Shown here piece by piece: positions 13,001-25,349 of a stretch of DNA of 64,000 nt. The position numbers were made by a program, and so were the translations under genes. The notes beneath the pieces were generated by a model that worked only from the letters and a program-made list of their open reading frames with translations, ran no database searches and was not told where the DNA came from. The DNA is from Macrostomum lignano (lineage: Eukaryota), in contig NIVC01000467.1 in the NCBI GenBank assembly GCA_002269645.1, positions 124,001 through 188,000 of the forward strand. The letters are read 5' to 3'. Positions within the stretch are counted from its first letter, which is position 1; every line of letters starts with the position of its first letter.

Positions 13001-16000
13001 GACGTGACCGAACACTTGCCTGATTCCGGAGGAGTATTCGTGATTTCCAGTTTTAAATACACAATTTCCATGGAGCCACCGCATGACTGCTTGTCATTTC
13101 GCGGACATCGATATGAACAAGTTTCGTTGAGTTGTAGTTTATACTCCGCCGGAGGTAGTTCCGATTCGCAAAAGCAGCGATCACCTTCGGCGATGGCGAA
13201 ATATTTGAATCTGCTGTAAAGATCACGCTTTACACACTCGGTAGCGCAAATGAGATGTGACATCTCATTCGATGTGAGGCTTACTGTTCCTGTACCATAA
13301 TATTGGTAGCATTGAATTGGAGAATCTAAAACAGTTGAATTTAAAAGCATGGCAGTTAAAAACAAGTGCACAAGCAAGTGTTTGTGGTTGATAAAAACAT
13401 GCAGAAATATTAAACTGCAGAACGTGAATCAGAATAGACTGAAATAGTAAACTCACTAGGAATAGCTGGATAGACCTTCGCTCCCTGCTTCTTTTCATCT
13501 GAAAAGGTGACGTCATTGGTGAACTCAGGAGAGAACATTATACAACAGCTCGATCTGATTTTCAAGTCAGGTGGAAATGAAATCAGGGGAGAAAAGCTGG
13601 AAGCACTAGGCAGTTCTGACCAAGACCAAAATATCCCATAGTAACTGTTCTCATAGACAGCTGGTGGGGGGATTTTAGACAGCTGGTGAATTTAAAATGT
13701 TTTGGATTTGGAAGAGTCGGTATGGTTGAGTCGGAAGAATTCGTTGTATTTAGCCTCATTTTAAGAAGATCAAGAATTGGCAAGTGGACTTTAACAGTCT
13801 CAGTTTCCAATCGAATTTGCTAACAGCTTACCAATGTTCGGCGAGTTGGTTATTGTGCTCAGGCTGAAATACACCGCTCCAGTTTCTCCACCGCACGACT
13901 CCATGTGACCTGCTGGGCAGCGGATCGAACAATCTTTCTCGATGCTCAGCCTGTACGAGTCGTGGGGCAGTTCCGGCGCACACAGGCAGCTGTCACCGAA
14001 GGCGAGGCTGAAGTATTTGAATTTCTTCAAGGCATTTTTCTTGCGACACTCGAAAGCGCAAACGCGGTGCGACATTTTTTCATTTTCTATTAGTTCCAGC
14101 TTTGCCATCGGATAGCCTTGGTATATTGAATAGCATCCTATGGGATCTCCTGCAACCGTTGGGGAAAAGTGGTCAAATGTTGCATGAGAAGCATTACATC
14201 AATATAGGAGCCTTTCTTACATGCTGAGGGAATTGTTCTGATATGCTGAGGGAACTGTTCTGACATGCTGAGGGAACTGTTCTGACATGCTGAGGGAACT
14301 GTTCTGACATGCTGAGGAAACTTCTGACATGCTAAGGGAACTGTTCTGACATGCTAAGGAAACTGTTCTGACATGCTGAGGGAACTGTTCTGACATGCAG
14401 AGGGAACTGTTCTGACATGCTGAGGGAACTGTTCTGACATGCTGAGAGCACTGTTCTGACATGCTGAGGGAACTTTTCTGACATGCTGAGGGAACTGTTC
14501 TGACATGCAGAGGGAACTGTTCTGACATGCTGAGGGAACTGTTCTGACATACTGAGGGAACTGTTCTCGAGAGAAAGATCCAGCCAGTCTAAAGCCAATT
14601 CTGCAGACTAGTTCTCACTTGGATTCTGTGTGATGCTCTGCGCTCTGGGATCCGGGCCTGCGTGGTGCGGACGTTGCAGTGTGGTTATAATTACTTTTAC
14701 TTTGAGCTGAAGAATATTATTCATAATTCAACTCTGAATCTGTTTTCTCACCAAAAAAGCTTTGTTTTTTCTGATCCGGAGTTGGCAGAATCGACTTGGA
14801 CTGGTCTGAGTGGTGCGGAGGTTGAAGTGAGTTTGTAATTAATCGAGAGTGTGGTGTAGACACACGGGAGAAATAGTTGCTGCAGTTAGATGGGCACCGA
14901 ATACTTGCCTGGTTTTTGTCGATTAAGATTGAAAAACGCCATAAAATCTTCATTTCCGCAAATTCGAATTAATCCTTTTCTACGAAAACACTTGCCTTTA
15001 CAGTGACTGTCATGAGACAGAGTGGAGGAATCCGGAAGCTCGGACGCACAAACGCATTCTTTATCGTGGCGAATGAAAAAATATTTGTAATTGTCGTAAA
15101 GATCGACATTGATACACCTTTGAGCGCAATCTTCAAAGGGAATCCCTCTTTGAGTAAACACCACATCTGAATTTGCTATCGACATGTCCCAAGCGCAGGC
15201 TGCCATCGATATGTTTTCTGAAATGGTTAAAACTAATTAATTTAGGTAAGAGCAGCTCAAACAGCGGATACATTCAGATGGAAACTTACCCGGTAAAATT
15301 GGATTGACCTTCGGTCCCTGCTCGTATATATCTGAATGATAGAAAATTTGAGAATATAAATGTTTTGAGAAAATTTGATCAAGCTGGGGTGATTTTAAGT
15401 GAACCGATACGGAGCTTCTGGCCAGTGAAATCAACCTAAGAAATGGACTCAAATATTTCGATGACCTTAACTGTATGAGAGCCATTGGAATGCCAGAGAA
15501 ATTATTTTAGATTTTTATTTGATTCGAAACACGCAGCTAGGGAGTTGTAGACTGCCGGGGAATTGTAGACTGCCGGGGAATTGTAGATAGCTGGGGAATT
15601 GTAGACTGCCGGGAAATTGTAGATAGCTGGGGAATTGTAGACTGCCGGGGAATTGTAGATAGCTGGGGAATTGTAGACTGCCGGGGAATTGTAGATAGCT
15701 GGGGAATTGTAGACTGCCGGGCAATTGTAGACAGCTGGGGAATTGTAGACTGCCGGGGAATTATAGACTGTCGGGGAATTGTAGACAGCTGGGGAATTGT
15801 AGACAGCTGGGGAATTGTAGACTGCCGAAGAATTGTAGACTGCCGGGGAATTTTAGACAGCTGGGGAATTGTAGACAGCTGGGGAATTGTAGACAGCTGG
15901 GGAATTGTAGACAGCTAGGGAATTGTAGACAGCTGGGGAATTGAAGACAGCTGGGGAATTGTAGACAGCTGGGGAATTGTAGACTGCCGGGGAATTGTAG

Positions 16001-19000
16001 ACTGCCGGGGAATTGTAGACAGCTGGGGAATTGTAGACAGCTGGGGAATTGTAGACAGCTGGGGAATTGTAGACAGCTAGGGAATTGTAGACAGCTGGAA
16101 AATTGTAGACAGCTGGGGAATTGTAGACAGCTGGGGAATTGTAGACTACCGGGGAATTGTAGACAGCTGGGGAATTGTAGACAGCTGGGGAATTGTAGAC
16201 AGCTGGGGAATTGTAGACAGCTAGGGAATTGTAGACAGCTGGGGAATTGTAGACAGCTGGGGAATTGTAGACAGCTGGGGAATTGTAGACTGCCGGGGAA
16301 TTGTAGACAGCTGGGGAATTGTAGACAGCTGGGGAATTGTAGACAGCTGGGGAATTGTGGACAGCTGGGGAATTGTAGACTGCCGGGGAATTGTAGACAG
16401 CTGGGGAATTTTAGACAACTGAGGAATTGTAGACAGCTGGAAAATTGTAGACAGCTGCGGAATTGTAGACAGCTGGAAAATTGTAGACAGCTGGGGAATT
16501 GTAGACAGCTGGGGAATTGTAGACAGCTGGGGAATTGTAGACAGCTGGGGAATTGTAGACAGCTGGGGAATTGTAGACAGCTGGGGAATCGAGACAGTTG
16601 GGGAACTGTAGACAGCTGGGGAATTGTAGACATTTGGGGAATAGTAGACAGCTGGATATGAAGAGCGTCTTTGGAACTTTTGGTAGTTTGTGAAAAGCAG
16701 TTTCCATTCGAAACAGAAGCAGCTCATGCACAGGCAGTAATATGACAAAATTCTTGCCTTTTTTTGGAGGAACAGTTGTTGAGCTCAGGTTGAAATACGC
16801 TATCTTTTGGTCTGCCCCGCATGACTGATTGTGATTTCCTGAGCACCGATACGAACAAAAGGAATTTTTTGTTTTCTCCGTTGAAGTGGGTAATGTCGAT
16901 GCACAGAAGCAAGTGTCGGAATCGGTGATGGCGAAATATTTGAATTTTTTCCCGTAGAGATCACGCCTAACACACTCGGAGGCGCAAACAAGGTGCGACA
17001 TCTCACTGCTTTGCAACACCTTTGTCAATTTACGTCGAGTTTCGTAGCATTTCAGAGAATCTGAAGCTGATAATGAAAATGAATAACAAATGAGCACAAG
17101 TGCATGGGTATGAATAACATTCAGATGTGTGAAGATTATAATATTCATTGTTAATGAGACAGATTATGCGACTGACAAAGCTTCAAGTTTAACTCACCTG
17201 GAATAACCGGATAGACCTTCGCTCCCTGCTCGAATTTATCTGGAATGGTAAAGTTGTGATTGGACTTTACTTGAGAACATCACTAATATAAGCAGCCTTA
17301 GCTCCTGTGTCAATTAATCTAATTACCTTTTCTCATAGAAGACAGTGTTGTGCTGACGCTGAAATATGCTGCTGCATTCTCGCCACCGCACGACTGCAGG
17401 TGATTTCCAGGGCAGCGATACGAACAATGTACTTCAGGGTTATCGACTATACTTGAGTTCCTAGGCAGTTCCGATGTACACAGGCAGTTTTCACCATTGG
17501 CGAGCCGGAAGTATTTGTATCTTTTTAAGGGACTTTTCCTGGCACACTCAAGAGCGCAAACGCGGTGCGACATTTTAATATTTTGCTTTAGTTCCAGTTT
17601 CACTTCATTATTCACTTTATTCGTTATGAGATAGCAGCCAATACCATTGAAAGATTGGACTGAAATAGTTGGGGACAATTAAACCAAAACTGAGCAGAGT
17701 TTGATGATAGCGATTTGCATCAGTTGCAGGGTGCATGCGAACAATAACGTCTAAGATCTGCTAATATGGAAACTGTTATGACTTGAGCATATTGTTCTGA
17801 CATGCTGAATTGAACTGTTCTGACATGCAGAGGAAACTGTTCTGACATGCTGCGGGAACTGTTCTGACATGCTGAGGGAACTGTTCTGACATGCACAGGG
17901 AACTGTTCTGACATTCTGAGGGAGTCTTTTAATCTGGCGTCCTACCGGGATTTTCGGAAGTGCTCTCGTCTTTCGGTGGATCCTTCTCAATAACCGGAGC
18001 TGCAGCCGACTGAGCTGAAAAGTGGCAGGTATATCCTGAATGCAGCTGACATGCAGAGGGAACTGTTCTGACATGCTGAGGGAACTGTTCTGACATGCTG
18101 AGGGAACTGTTCTGACATGCTGAATTGAACTGTTCTGACATGCAGAGGAAACTGTTCTGACATGCTGAATTGAACTGTTCTGACATGCAGAGGAAACTGT
18201 TCTGACATGCAGAGGGAACTGTTCTGACATGCAGAGGGAGCTGTTCTGACATGCTGAATTGAACTGTTCTGACATGCAGAGGGAACTGTTCTGACATGCA
18301 GAGGAAACTGTTCTGACATGCAGAGGGAACTGTTCTGACATGCTGAGGGAACTGTTCTGACATGCAGAGGAAACTGTTCTGACATGCAGAGGGAACTGTT
18401 CTGACATGCAGAGGGAGCTGTTCTGACATGCTGAATTGAACTGTTCTGACATGCAGAGGGAACTGTTCTGACATGCAGAGGAAACTGTTCTGACATGCAG
18501 AGGGAACTGTTCTGACATGCTGAGGGAACTGTTCTGACATGCAGAGGAAACTGTTCTGACATGCAGAGGGAATTGTTCTGACATGCTGAGGGAACTGTTC
18601 TGACATGCAGAGGGAACTGTTCTGACATGCTGAATTGAACTGTTCTGACATGCAGAGGGAACTCTTCTGACATGCTGAAGGAACTGTTCTGACATGCTGA
18701 GGGAACTGTTCTGACATGCTGAGGGAGTCCTCAAGTCTGGCGTCTTACCAGGATTTTTCGAAACGTCTTTGTCTTTCAGAGGATCTTCCTTGGTTGACAG
18801 CGCTTCATCAGGCTCAGCTGAAAAGTGGAAACATTTTCCTGAAGGCAGCAGACATGCAGAGGGAACTGTTCTGACATGCAGAGGGAACTGTTCTGACATG
18901 CAGAGGGAACTGTTCTGACATGCAGAGGGAACTTTTCTGACATGCTGATGGAACTGTTCTGACATGCACAGGGAACTGTTCTGACATGCACAGGGAACTG

Positions 19001-19389
19001 TTCTGACATGCACAGGGAACTGTTCTGACATGCAGAGGAAACTGTTCTGACATACTGAGGGAACTGTTCTGACATGCTGAGGGAACTCTTCTGACATGCT
19101 GAAGGAACTGTTCTGACATGCTGAGGGAGTCCTCAAATCTGGCGTCTTACCAGGCTTTTTCGAAACGTCTTTGTCTTTCAGAGGATCTTCCTTGGTTGAC
19201 AGCGGTTCATCAGCCTCAGCTGAAAAGTGGCAGGATTATCCTGAATGCAGCTGAGCATGAGCACAAGCAAGCTAAAGCACAAATCAAAGGCAACAAAAGC
19301 TACTCACATTTCTTCTTTGAGGAAGAGCAGCCCAGAGCACCGTAGATGGCTGCGCTAATGCAGAACAGAAGCAGAACCGTTCGGAACAT
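10002..19389 (-). CDS. Signal-peptide-bearing 7x WSC-domain protein, copy 1 (about 930 aa to the end of WSC7, short hydrophobic tail tentative)
   Basis: Signal exon 19389-19308 (MFRTVLLLFCISAAIYGALGCSSSKKK). 69-nt exons 19219-19151, 18817-18749, 18014-17946. WSC exons 17659-17327, 17066-16758, 15217-14909, 14149-13832, 13325-13020, 12435-12130, 11544-11227 show the GCY..CxxxC..CxC..CxxxC..CG pattern. Linker exons 17239-17198, 15331-15290, 14805-14752, 14657-14619, 13498-13457, 12608-12567, 11717-11676. All are phase 1-1. 3' exons 10406-10346, 10104-10080 and 10035-10002, followed by AATAAA near 9975, are tentative, and the link from WSC7 to them is unresolved. Confidence 0.85.
10500..10690. 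repeat. Intronic 18-bp minisatellite (gacagctggggaattgta)
   Basis: About 10 units. The paralogous array is at 25850-26070. Confidence 0.9.
14215..14566. repeat. Intronic 22-bp minisatellite (ctgacatgctgagggaactgtt)
   Basis: About 16 units between the 39-nt linker exon and WSC4. Confidence 0.93.
15535..16650. repeat. Intronic 18-bp minisatellite, large array
   Basis: About 60 units with gactgccgg and gatagctgg variants. Confidence 0.96.
17790..19135. repeat. 22-bp minisatellite array interleaved with 69-nt exons
   Basis: ctgacatgc(a/t)gaggg/aaactgtt units, interrupted by exon cassettes at 17946-18014 and 18749-18817. Confidence 0.93.
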
Positions 19390-21939
19390 GCTCAGGTCGA
19401 AGCGAGTTAGATCAGCTGATCTGCGCAGATTTTTGTTGAACTTTGAAAGGAAGGTTTTTTGTTTCTCCTAGTTGCTGTCTGGTAGAGTCTTGTGAAAAGT
19501 GCAAATTCAGCTTATCGAAAGCAGAAATTCTGAAAGCATTTGGGCTCGGGATCAGCAGTAGAAAAGGGTCTGAGCCGCTCGGTTCAGCCACAGACGCAAC
19601 TGTACATCTCAGTCAGCGGGCTCTGGCCATAGACAGTTTGCATTTGCTGGATTTTAGTTGTGTATTAAAGAATATCTAACAGTGCACAAATTCTTTTTAG
19701 AATGGTCATGATAGTTAATTTTGTAAATCTGTACTGAAAAGTACATGTTACTCGGATTGAAAACGAAATTTGTTTTGTGGCATGGCAAGGATCTTATATT
19801 CCCTTGATGGGCCTCTCTCAGTCTCAATGCATTCAATAAGAAAAGACTGACAATAGGAAAAGCCTATTGGTCCATTCTCTGGCGCTCTGATGTGTCAGCG
19901 GCCCAGGCTCGATTCCAAGTGCAGTCGCATTAATTTGAGGCTAAATTGGAATCTCGGCTTGGCTCTGCTCGTGCAATTAACGCCCAGCTTGAGGGCCAAC
20001 CTCCAAGGCACAGTGAAGTGCACATGCAGTGCACTTTTACAGTTTTTTGCATTTTTTTCTATACTGCTAATAGTTAAGCATACATACTATGCACCAATCG
20101 ATGCGCAATTCAAGGATACACAAATGTGGAAGTTTTCAATTCTTAAACATTTGGAATCAGGAAGTTATCGACGAAAGACTAAAAATCATGATCTCAAACT
20201 GCTTTGAGGAAAAGTGCTCATTATAATTTTTGGAATATGGAAGAAACAATTCAACGCCGTCATTTAATTCCAAACTAACTGTACTTTAAGGTACTGCGAT
20301 GATTTTTTATTGAAAGAGCGAAACCTGTTTAAATATTTGAAAAAAATGGAAAAAAGTACCTTTTTTCATAGAAATACACTCTTTTGACTGCTTAATCCGA
20401 TTGCCAACAACAAAATAGTTGCTTTCCTGCTGGTGCAAACCGTTATTAGGGTGAATTTTCAAAATTGCATACTGTGCCAAAAGTAAATTGAAGCTTAATA
20501 TTTATAAACATTAGAAACTGGACCACTAATGGGTATTTTACTTTGGTTACTTACTATGGAGTAAACTGGCACTGGCAGAGACAGATTTGAGAGAAACTAA
20601 TTGCTCCATTGTATTTAGGCTCCAGCGTTACAAATTACAATAGCTATTTCGGGGTCTAACCGGCTAAGTTATCAAAAAAGCTAGATAACAATCACCATGT
20701 TTCATCATCAGCTATACCTACCTACCACGATTTTATAGTCACATGCAGCAGTAATAGTGTGTAATACCCTTCTTTAAAAGTTTTCAATATCTAAAATGAT
20801 GTGTTAAATTTTATAAAATTTCATAAACAGTGGTTTGAAAGAAGCTACTTTTGTGCGAAAATACACTCTCATTAATACCGTACCTATTATTGTATTTATT
20901 GTATATGACCTATGAAAGTTGAAGCGTAAATTGTACTTTTCTAATTTTATTTTGTCATTCGTTTGCGCACTCGGGCCGGCCTGCCTGTCTTGTGGGGTGT
21001 GGTGGCCTTGGCCACTTTCTCCCCCTTCTGTTAGGATCCAAAACACTTGAAAGCTTGCCTCAAGTGTACATTTAATATTATCGATCGATTATTTAAAACA
21101 AGCCTCTAGTGGTTGGTGTTAAGAGTGAGTGGCCTTGAGTGTACCCGAAAGCGAGAGGAAGCCCATGGGGGGACTATATGAACCTTCCTTTTGTGGAAAG
21201 TTGGGCCTTGTGCATTGCATAGTGTACGCTACACAAGGCAGAAGGTAAAGAGAAAGAGAACGACAGGCTAGCCAATAGCGATAGCATGTGCTTCTCTCCA
21301 GTACACTATGGTAGGGGGGGGAGGGGGTGTCAGACGGCCCAACTCTAACCCCCATACCCAAAACAGCGTACATGTAGAATAAGAAGGGATTGGGTCCAGA
21401 TAAGTCTTCTCAATGTACATGTATGTACAAAGACAAACACTGACGAGAAAAATGGCTCTAAACCATTGTTATTGTTACACTGTGTGTGTGTGTCTATTTT
21501 TATTAACTTGACTTTGACTGGTCTTTACTCTTTAGCATGGTCAAGGATAATTACTGTTACTTTGTAGTGACCTTGTACTAAACCTTTGCAAAACTTTCAG
21601 CCATTCATGCAGTAAACATTTCATTCTAGAAATTTCCTCGCTATACCGTATATGATTCTAAATATAGTAACTTGAATTCCCGCGCGAACTCTTTCTAGAA
21701 AACTCCCTCTTCCAGAATGTTCCATGAGAAAGATATAAATATAAAGCACCCGCAATCAAACGGTTGCAGTTTCTTCGACCTATCTTACGAACCTATCTTA
21801 TTAGCAATAATATTAAGAACCACCGCCTTTACGCCTTATTCATTTAAATTCCTACAACTTCCTACCAAATGTACCAATTAATTGCATAAGATTAAGAAGG
21901 AATAATACAATCGAAGTCGAACCCATGATCACTTGACCC

Positions 21940-22860
21940 TAGGGATTCCAATCCCGGGATCCCGGGATCCCGGGATTGGGGCCAAAAATCCGGGATTTGA
22001 ATCCCGGGATTTTTTTGGGAATCGAATCCCGGGATTTTTAATCCCGGGATTGCAAAAGTCCGGGATCGGGATCCCGGGATTTCAAGGCCTTAATCCCGGG
22101 ATTGGTCCGGGATTAGAACAACCTTTCAATGCCTAAATTAGATAATTTAAAGTCTAAACGTTTATTTGAATAATAAAACATTTATTTGTTTTTGCTGTTT
22201 CTCAATGAAACGCTAAACATTTGCAAAGCTCCTGTCCTAATTGATCTAAAAATTGTTAATGTGAACTGTAAATGATAGATAATTTTAACTTTTTTCGTTT
22301 TCCACCACGAGACGAGACTGAGGGCCTTTTCATAGTGCTTGTTCTGGTTCCAGAAGCAGAACCAATTTGTGAAGTATAACTTTTTGTCTCCATAACTATA
22401 GGGAGTTACGTGCTATAAAGTTTTTATTATTGAATGACAGTCGCCAAAAAGAAAGTGAAAAATCGTGCAAAGTGAGGCTGTTAAGGCAGTCAAATATTAA
22501 CAGAGTTTAATAGTTATACTGCTGTTTTTCTTGGAATTCCGAACCGATTCTGGTTCTGGAATTGGTAACATGAAAAGGCCCTGAGACTCTGAGAGTCGCG
22601 AGACCATGACTACTGCACGCGGCACGCCGCACAGTCCGTCTTAGGATTCCAATCCGGGATCCCGGGATCCCGGGATTGGGGCCAAAAATCCGGGATTTGA
22701 ATCCCGGGATTTTTTTTGGAATCGAATCCCGGGATTTTTAATCCCGGGATTGCAAAAGCACCGGGATTCCGGGATTTTGAATCCCGGGATTTCAACAGCA
22801 TCGGGATTTCGGGACTATTCAATCCCGGGATTGTAAAATGTCGGGATTTTGGAATCCCTA
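21940..22860. mobile_element. Non-autonomous hAT-type element (MITE) 1
   Basis: TIRs TAGGGATTCCAA...TTGGAATCCCTA. 8-bp TSD CTTGACCC at 21932-21939 and 22861-22868. Many subterminal ATCCCGGGAT palindromes. No ORF. Confidence 0.9.
22322..22581. mobile_element. PIF/Harbinger-type MITE nested in hAT MITE 1
   Basis: TIRs GGGCCTTTTCA...TGAAAAGGCCC with 3-bp TSD TGA. The empty site (gagactgagactc) is visible in the sister element near 23326-23338. Confidence 0.85.
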
Positions 22861-22999
22861 CTTGACCCACCCACCCATCACTTCTGATTCTGACCTACAT
22901 GTATCTATCTGCTATATCCTGCCAGTTTCTCCAGTTTTATGGGTCTTGGTGATTCGAGCAATTCCATTACATTTTATCGGTACTTTGCACAACTGCAGT

Positions 23000-23759
23000 T
23001 AGGGATTCCAATCCCGAGATTTTTTTGGGGATCGAATCCCGGGATTTTTTAATCCCGGGATTGCAAAAGTCCGGGATCGGGATCCCGGGATTTCAAGCCT
23101 TAATCCCGGGATTGGTCCGGGATTAGAACAACCTTTCAATGCCTAAATTATATAATTTAAAGTCTAAACGTTTATTTGAATAATAAAACATTTATTTGTT
23201 TTTGCTGTTTCTCAATGAAATGTTAAACATTTGCAAAGCTCCTGTCCTAATTGAGCTAAAAATTGTTAATGTGAACTGTAAATGATAAATAATTTAAATT
23301 TTTTTTCGTTTTCCACCACGAGACGAGACTGAGACTCTGAGAGTCGCGAGACCATGACTACTGCACGCGGCACGCCGCACAGTCCGTCATGTATTATAAT
23401 TTAAATTTTAATATTTTGACAATTACCCACAAAGATTTTACTCTTGTTAGTTGTTACTTAGTCTTGTACTCGGGCATCTTGAAGTTTAGGTATTTAAAAT
23501 ATTCCAAATTGTGCAAAAATCATGAGATTGCACAGAGACATATTTCTAAGATACAGTAACAAAAGTCAACAATAAAAACTTACAAAATTTAGCTATATAC
23601 CTAATCTTCTAGAGACCTAGGGATTCCAATCCCGGGATCCCGGGATCCCGGGATTGGGGCCAAAAATCCGGGATTTTGAATCCCGGGATTTCAACAGCAT
23701 CGGGATTTCGGGACTATTCAATCCCGAGATTGTAAAATGTCGGGATTTTGGAATCCCTA
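23000..23759. mobile_element. Non-autonomous hAT-type element (MITE) 2, same family
   Basis: Same 12-bp TIRs. 8-bp TSD ACTGCAGT at 22992-22999 and 23760-23767. Internal sequence is homologous to MITE 1. Confidence 0.9.
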
Positions 23760-24565
23760 ACTGCAGTGCGTCTATTAATGCTTAGCTACTTGTATTTGTG
23801 TTGCAGAACTTATGCCCATAGTTTCCCTTCTAGGGATGTCGACCCCGGGAGTGCTCCCCGGGGGAGCTTGTCCGGGAATTACTCCCCAGGGAATTGGACC
23901 GGGGACCCTAGGGAGAAAAAATATTTAAAAATGCATTTGAAACTTAATTTTTGCCATTAAAATAAGAAAATGATTCACAGAAAGCTGATTGAAACTCTGT
24001 CTATGCTCTTTTACCGCATAACTGCTTATTTCAATGTATTGCATGTATTTCAAACACAACACACGTTTGATTGTTTTTTCACTATTAGTCATTCAATCAA
24101 GCAAATTGCACGTAGAAAAGAAACACGTCAGGAAAAAGAAGCCTTACTGACTACTGTGTTGGTCTGCGTTGACGGCTTGACGCATTTAACGCAGGCGCAG
24201 CGCTGCGTCCTGCGTCAGGCACTGACGCATAAGGGGGGGTGTCATACATATACTCCCTATTAGACAAGGACAAAATGGTGATTTACATATATCTGCAAGA
24301 AATAAAAATTCAGATTATAAAAACAGTCTCATTCATTAATTATCCTCTCCCGAGCGTAGCTGTTGAGCATGCATTCCGACAAAGGTGCGCGCACGATTTC
24401 GTGATGCCACGTTGTCAAATACAGTTTAAAAAAAACATTGTGTAAAGCTTTTACCCTTGCGCCTTGAACATGTAGTACAAAGCTTAAATCAAAGTTTAAA
24501 AAATTCCACTTACACTCTAAGTTATCCGCCGTTTTGACTTATTTTTACTTTTCACCGGGGTCCCC

Positions 24566-24930
24566 GAAGTTACCGATTAAACAACACGGGAGAGCCGTCC
24601 AAGGACCACTAGAAGTTACCGATTAAACAACACGCGAGAGCCGTCCAAGGACCACTAGAAGTTACCGATTAAACAACACGGGAGAGCCGTCCAAGGACCA
24701 CTAGAAGTTACCGATTAAACAACACGCGAGAGCCGTCCAAGGACCACTAGAAGTTACCGATTAAACAACACGGGAGAGCCGTCCAAGGACCACTAGAAGT
24801 TACCGATTAAACAACACGCGAGAGCCGTCCAAGGACCACTAGAAGTTACCGATTGAACAACACGGGAGAGCCGTCCAAGGACCACTAGAAGTTATTGATT
24901 AAACAACACGCGAGAGCCGTCCAAGGACAA
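24566..24930. repeat. 46-bp tandem repeat, about 8 units, at the left edge of duplication copy B
   Basis: Same unit as 9296-9582 with more copies. Confidence 0.93.
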
Positions 24931-25349
24931 CTAAAGCTACTGTTGAATCAGGATGTAACACGTTAGAAGGCTCGCTTGTTGCATTGCAGTAAAACTTTAA
25001 ATGCTCAAAACTCCGCATGAGCAGCGCTTATAATGATAATTTTTGACCAGGCTGATATAAATTTAGTTCTCTTCACGATGACGCAAAGTTTGACCCGATA
25101 TCTACATGTGAGAACCCCACTGAACTCAATTCAATTTATTCTATTAATCGCCTTGTGCTACTACGAGGAATATTAGAATAGAATACAAGAGTACCTTTTT
25201 ACCTCTTATTTTGACACTCTGCTTCGAGAGATCACTCTCAGTTCTTTCTATGTGTTTGAGTTTCTTATTAAGAGAAACACAGAGATTGCTTGAAGAGAAG
25301 CTGGTGAAGAGCTCGCAGATTTTATTGGTTTTGCGCATTGAAATACGAG

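Larger units (their letters stand above)
9296..20913. repeat. Segmental duplication, copy A (near-identical to 24566-37086)
   Basis: Colinear identity with offsets 15348, 15384, 15406 and 15573 that change at minisatellites. Homology ends after gtatatgacctat (20913 versus 37086). Confidence 0.95.

Noticed and set aside
14217-19136. MSEQFPQHVRTVPSACQNSS and LQFPSC repeat ORFs
   Set aside because: These are intronic 22-bp and 18-bp minisatellites. Only the embedded splice-bounded micro-exons are supported.
20690-20725. CTGATGA-T-GAAA on the minus strand as a hammerhead ribozyme core
   Set aside because: There is no helix II, and the helix I strands do not pair.
23898-24565. Possible element bounded by GGGGACCC/GGGTCCCC, with an internal palindrome near 24191-24217
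   Set aside because: Only an 8-bp inverted match with no TSD. The right end is confounded by the duplication breakpoint.
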